From assembly GCA_964016885.1 (NCBI GenBank), contig OZ024746.1, positions 100,564,001 through 100,628,000 of the forward strand: a stretch of DNA of 64,000 bases, written 5' to 3'. The notes under the pieces are model-generated. The model was not told the DNA's origin. It was given only the letters and a program-made list of their open reading frames with translations, and did not search any database. Origin of the DNA: Eledone cirrhosa (taxonomy: Eukaryota). The position numbers and the translations under genes were made by a program. This document shows, piece by piece, positions 61,601-64,000 of the stretch. How positions within the stretch are numbered: position 1 is the stretch's first letter; each line of letters begins with the position of its first letter.

Positions 61601-64000
61601 CAAATGAGCAGCAGTCTGTTCAGTAAAGTAAGCCCGCTGGCCATTTTCCAAATGAACCGCTAGTTGTATGATGGCGGGGTGCCTTTGGTGAAGTGGAAAC
61701 CCGAATATCCGCCAAAAAGCTTCACCAGTGCTGATATATCGACCTGCCAAGTACTCCGAGACCTCGTCCCTGCTATTGTCGTTTTGAAGGCCGAACATGG
61801 CAGCGTTGGAACCCTTGTTAACATATTTACATAACGTCATAGTGAATCCACCGTTCTCAGGCCACCTTCGTCTGTACAGTGGGTATCCATCATCGCCAGT
61901 CTGGGTCTCCTCAACAAACCTCTTTGGGTATCGTTTAGTGCACACATGGTCCTTTGTGGCTTGAAGAGAACTCTTGAAAACCGGGACAGCACGGACCGTG
62001 CACCATGTGTGCCTTCACAATGTCGTACAGCTGCTGGTCAACAACGGGGTCCGGTATTTACGCTGCGATGACGTCATCTATAACTGTAAGGTCTATTTTG
62101 GTGACCAACCAAACCAAAATAGCGTGTGGCAACCCTCTCTTCTGCCACTCAACAGTATACATGTGGGACTTAACAGGCCTGAAAACCTTCCCTTTTCTTA
62201 TTAGATCAATTAGCTTAGCCAGCTTCTGCCTGAAAACCCTGGCAATAATATCATGCTGATGGCAGTACTGCTGCTCTGGGATAAGTTCCCGCGTAACCTC
62301 AACCCACTTGGGGTTACACGTAAACGTGATGAATAAATAATGCCCATAATGCCGAACGAACGTCATAGCGTCCTGTGTTCGCTCGTGCATGTAACGCGGC
62401 TCCCCCGTATATGTTGAGGGTAGAATTCACATTTTGCCGATGTTCCGGGGGTCAGTGTCATTCCTGATGCCGTCACACAAATGGATGTAGGAGTCTGAGC
62501 GCAGCTGCTTCTGATTCAATTTTATGAAGCTCAGTCTCTCCGACTCCATCTTTGCAGCCATGTCAACTGCAAACTGGTGAAACAGTTCCCGTGACCTGTG
62601 CAGGGTGCTGAAATCGTTAGGCCTCGTCATGAAGCGGTATGAGTATAAAGCCATGCATGAAACAGTTTTAGATGTCTCAGCAGTGGGCTCGTTTGGTTTG
62701 CGCTGAGGAATGCCAAAATGGTACCCGTCTTCTCCGTATGCAAAAAGAAGGGGATACTGCAGGGCATCGTATGAACGATGCGTCTCATTAATACGTCGAA
62801 GACCACTGTCACGACTTTGAAGAACTATGTCTCGCATGGATAACTACGGCCACTTCATTGCACGAAGGAGCATTATAACGGCGTGCGGGCTCCCCAGAAG
62901 GTCTTTTGTCAGCATCGATGACAATGGTGAAGTTTGGTGAAGGATTTGTTTCCAATGCGTATTTGAAACTGCGAATATAACTGTTGCGCTCATAAAGCAT
63001 GTTTTGAAGACCGAGCAGCACGTCCCTTTCAAAAGTGTCAGCGTCAGTGTTTGCAGGTGTTGGAATAACGCCGAACCGCGCATCAACTTGCCTACTGTAG
63101 TTAGAAATGAAGTAAATTTGAAGGAACGAAGGCTTGCAATTTTGTAGTGGCTGGAGTGACCCAATAAGATGGTACACCTGCCCCTGGACCTTGAAAGTAG
63201 GCACCCAACCACTTTCTCTGACAACGTTAGCCCCGAAAGAAGTCATTTGAAATGCACAATTGTACTTCCTGATGAGTTGAAGGAATTTGGATGACCTTGA
63301 GGTAGAACCAGTAAGTAGTTCCTTCAAAGGCTCCGGTGGTTCCCCAAGAGGGGGAAAGCTGACCTTACCGTTTAAGCAGCACATTGCAGGTGGCTCCCCA
63401 GCCCACTTTTTAGCATTGCAGAATTTGCAATTGAAGCGCATTTCCCCTATATTTATGTCGGCACAAATCGAGTAGTTAACGTTGGGCTCATACTTGAAAG
63501 CCCGTAGGTGCCAGTATGGGCTGGTGGGGCTTGTCACACCGCGGGCAGCTTCTTGTCGTCGACTGTTCCGCTCCAGCGTAGAATGTTGCTCCTGTGGGTC
63601 GTGGGAAGCTCTCGCAGCAGTAGCAGCAGCGTTTCTATTCAGGCGAGTCGACCTTTGTTCCGGGCCCTCTGAAGCCCTGGAAGTAGCAGTAGAAGCGTTT
63701 TTTGGGGAATGACGTATCGCCCGCTCTGAATTGCACATCGCAGTACGTCTTGAGGCGTCGTATGAAGCCATCTTGGCTAGGCGTGCGGTGCGTTGTTGAA
63801 AACTTTCAGCAGCTCTGCATTCCGCTGAACGTAAGGCGCTCTGTGAAAGTCTTAAAGCAGTTTCCTCGGGGGGCTCGTTTGCTGTAATCGCCCTCTGCGC
63901 CGCCGCTGATGCGGTATGGCGACCGAGGCGACTTCTCTTTTTAGGTGGCATTTTATGTGAAAAAGAAAGGGTGAAAGTTACTTCTACAGCAAAATTGCCT
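58683..64000 (-). mobile_element. Helitron (5' end beyond the window)
   Basis: Minus-strand 3' terminus CCCGAGCAACGCCGGG hairpin, 8 nt, CTAG|T; RepHel coding remnants upstream. Confidence 0.95.
59496..63951 (-). pseudogene. Helitron Rep/PIF1-helicase (RepHel), multiply frameshifted
   Basis: CKFC..K...E...CC.NGKV zinc motif, [119 protein letters not shown]. Confidence 0.95.

Overview
This is AT-rich, intron-containing animal DNA. The SINE, LINE and microsatellite content looks like a coleoid cephalopod (Octopus-like); that assignment is inference. Host genes: three coding exons of a DAZAP2 orthologue on + (7392-16507), and three phase-compatible exons of an unidentified gene on - (55644-54346), neither recovered as such by the ORF track. 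The rest is nested transposon debris: RTE, R4/Dong, Tx1/L1, CRE-like and CR1-like LINE remnants, mariner, TTAA-MITEs, tRNA-SINEs, two solo-LTR-like elements, two back-to-back Penelope-like (Naiad-type) elements and a large frameshifted Helitron. Main observations: (1) four type I hammerhead ribozyme motifs at 41-52.7 kb, all near (TA)n tracts, with long stem II and palindromic stem III; (2) a 72-bp satellite derived from a piggyBac-type MITE, interrupted by an ORF1-only ('half-LINE') Tx1-like element; (3) a ~10.7-kb inverted duplication enclosing the two Penelope-like elements; (4) repeated conversion of TE segments into tandem arrays. Boundaries of degenerate repeats are approximate and family names come from recalled motifs, not database searches.
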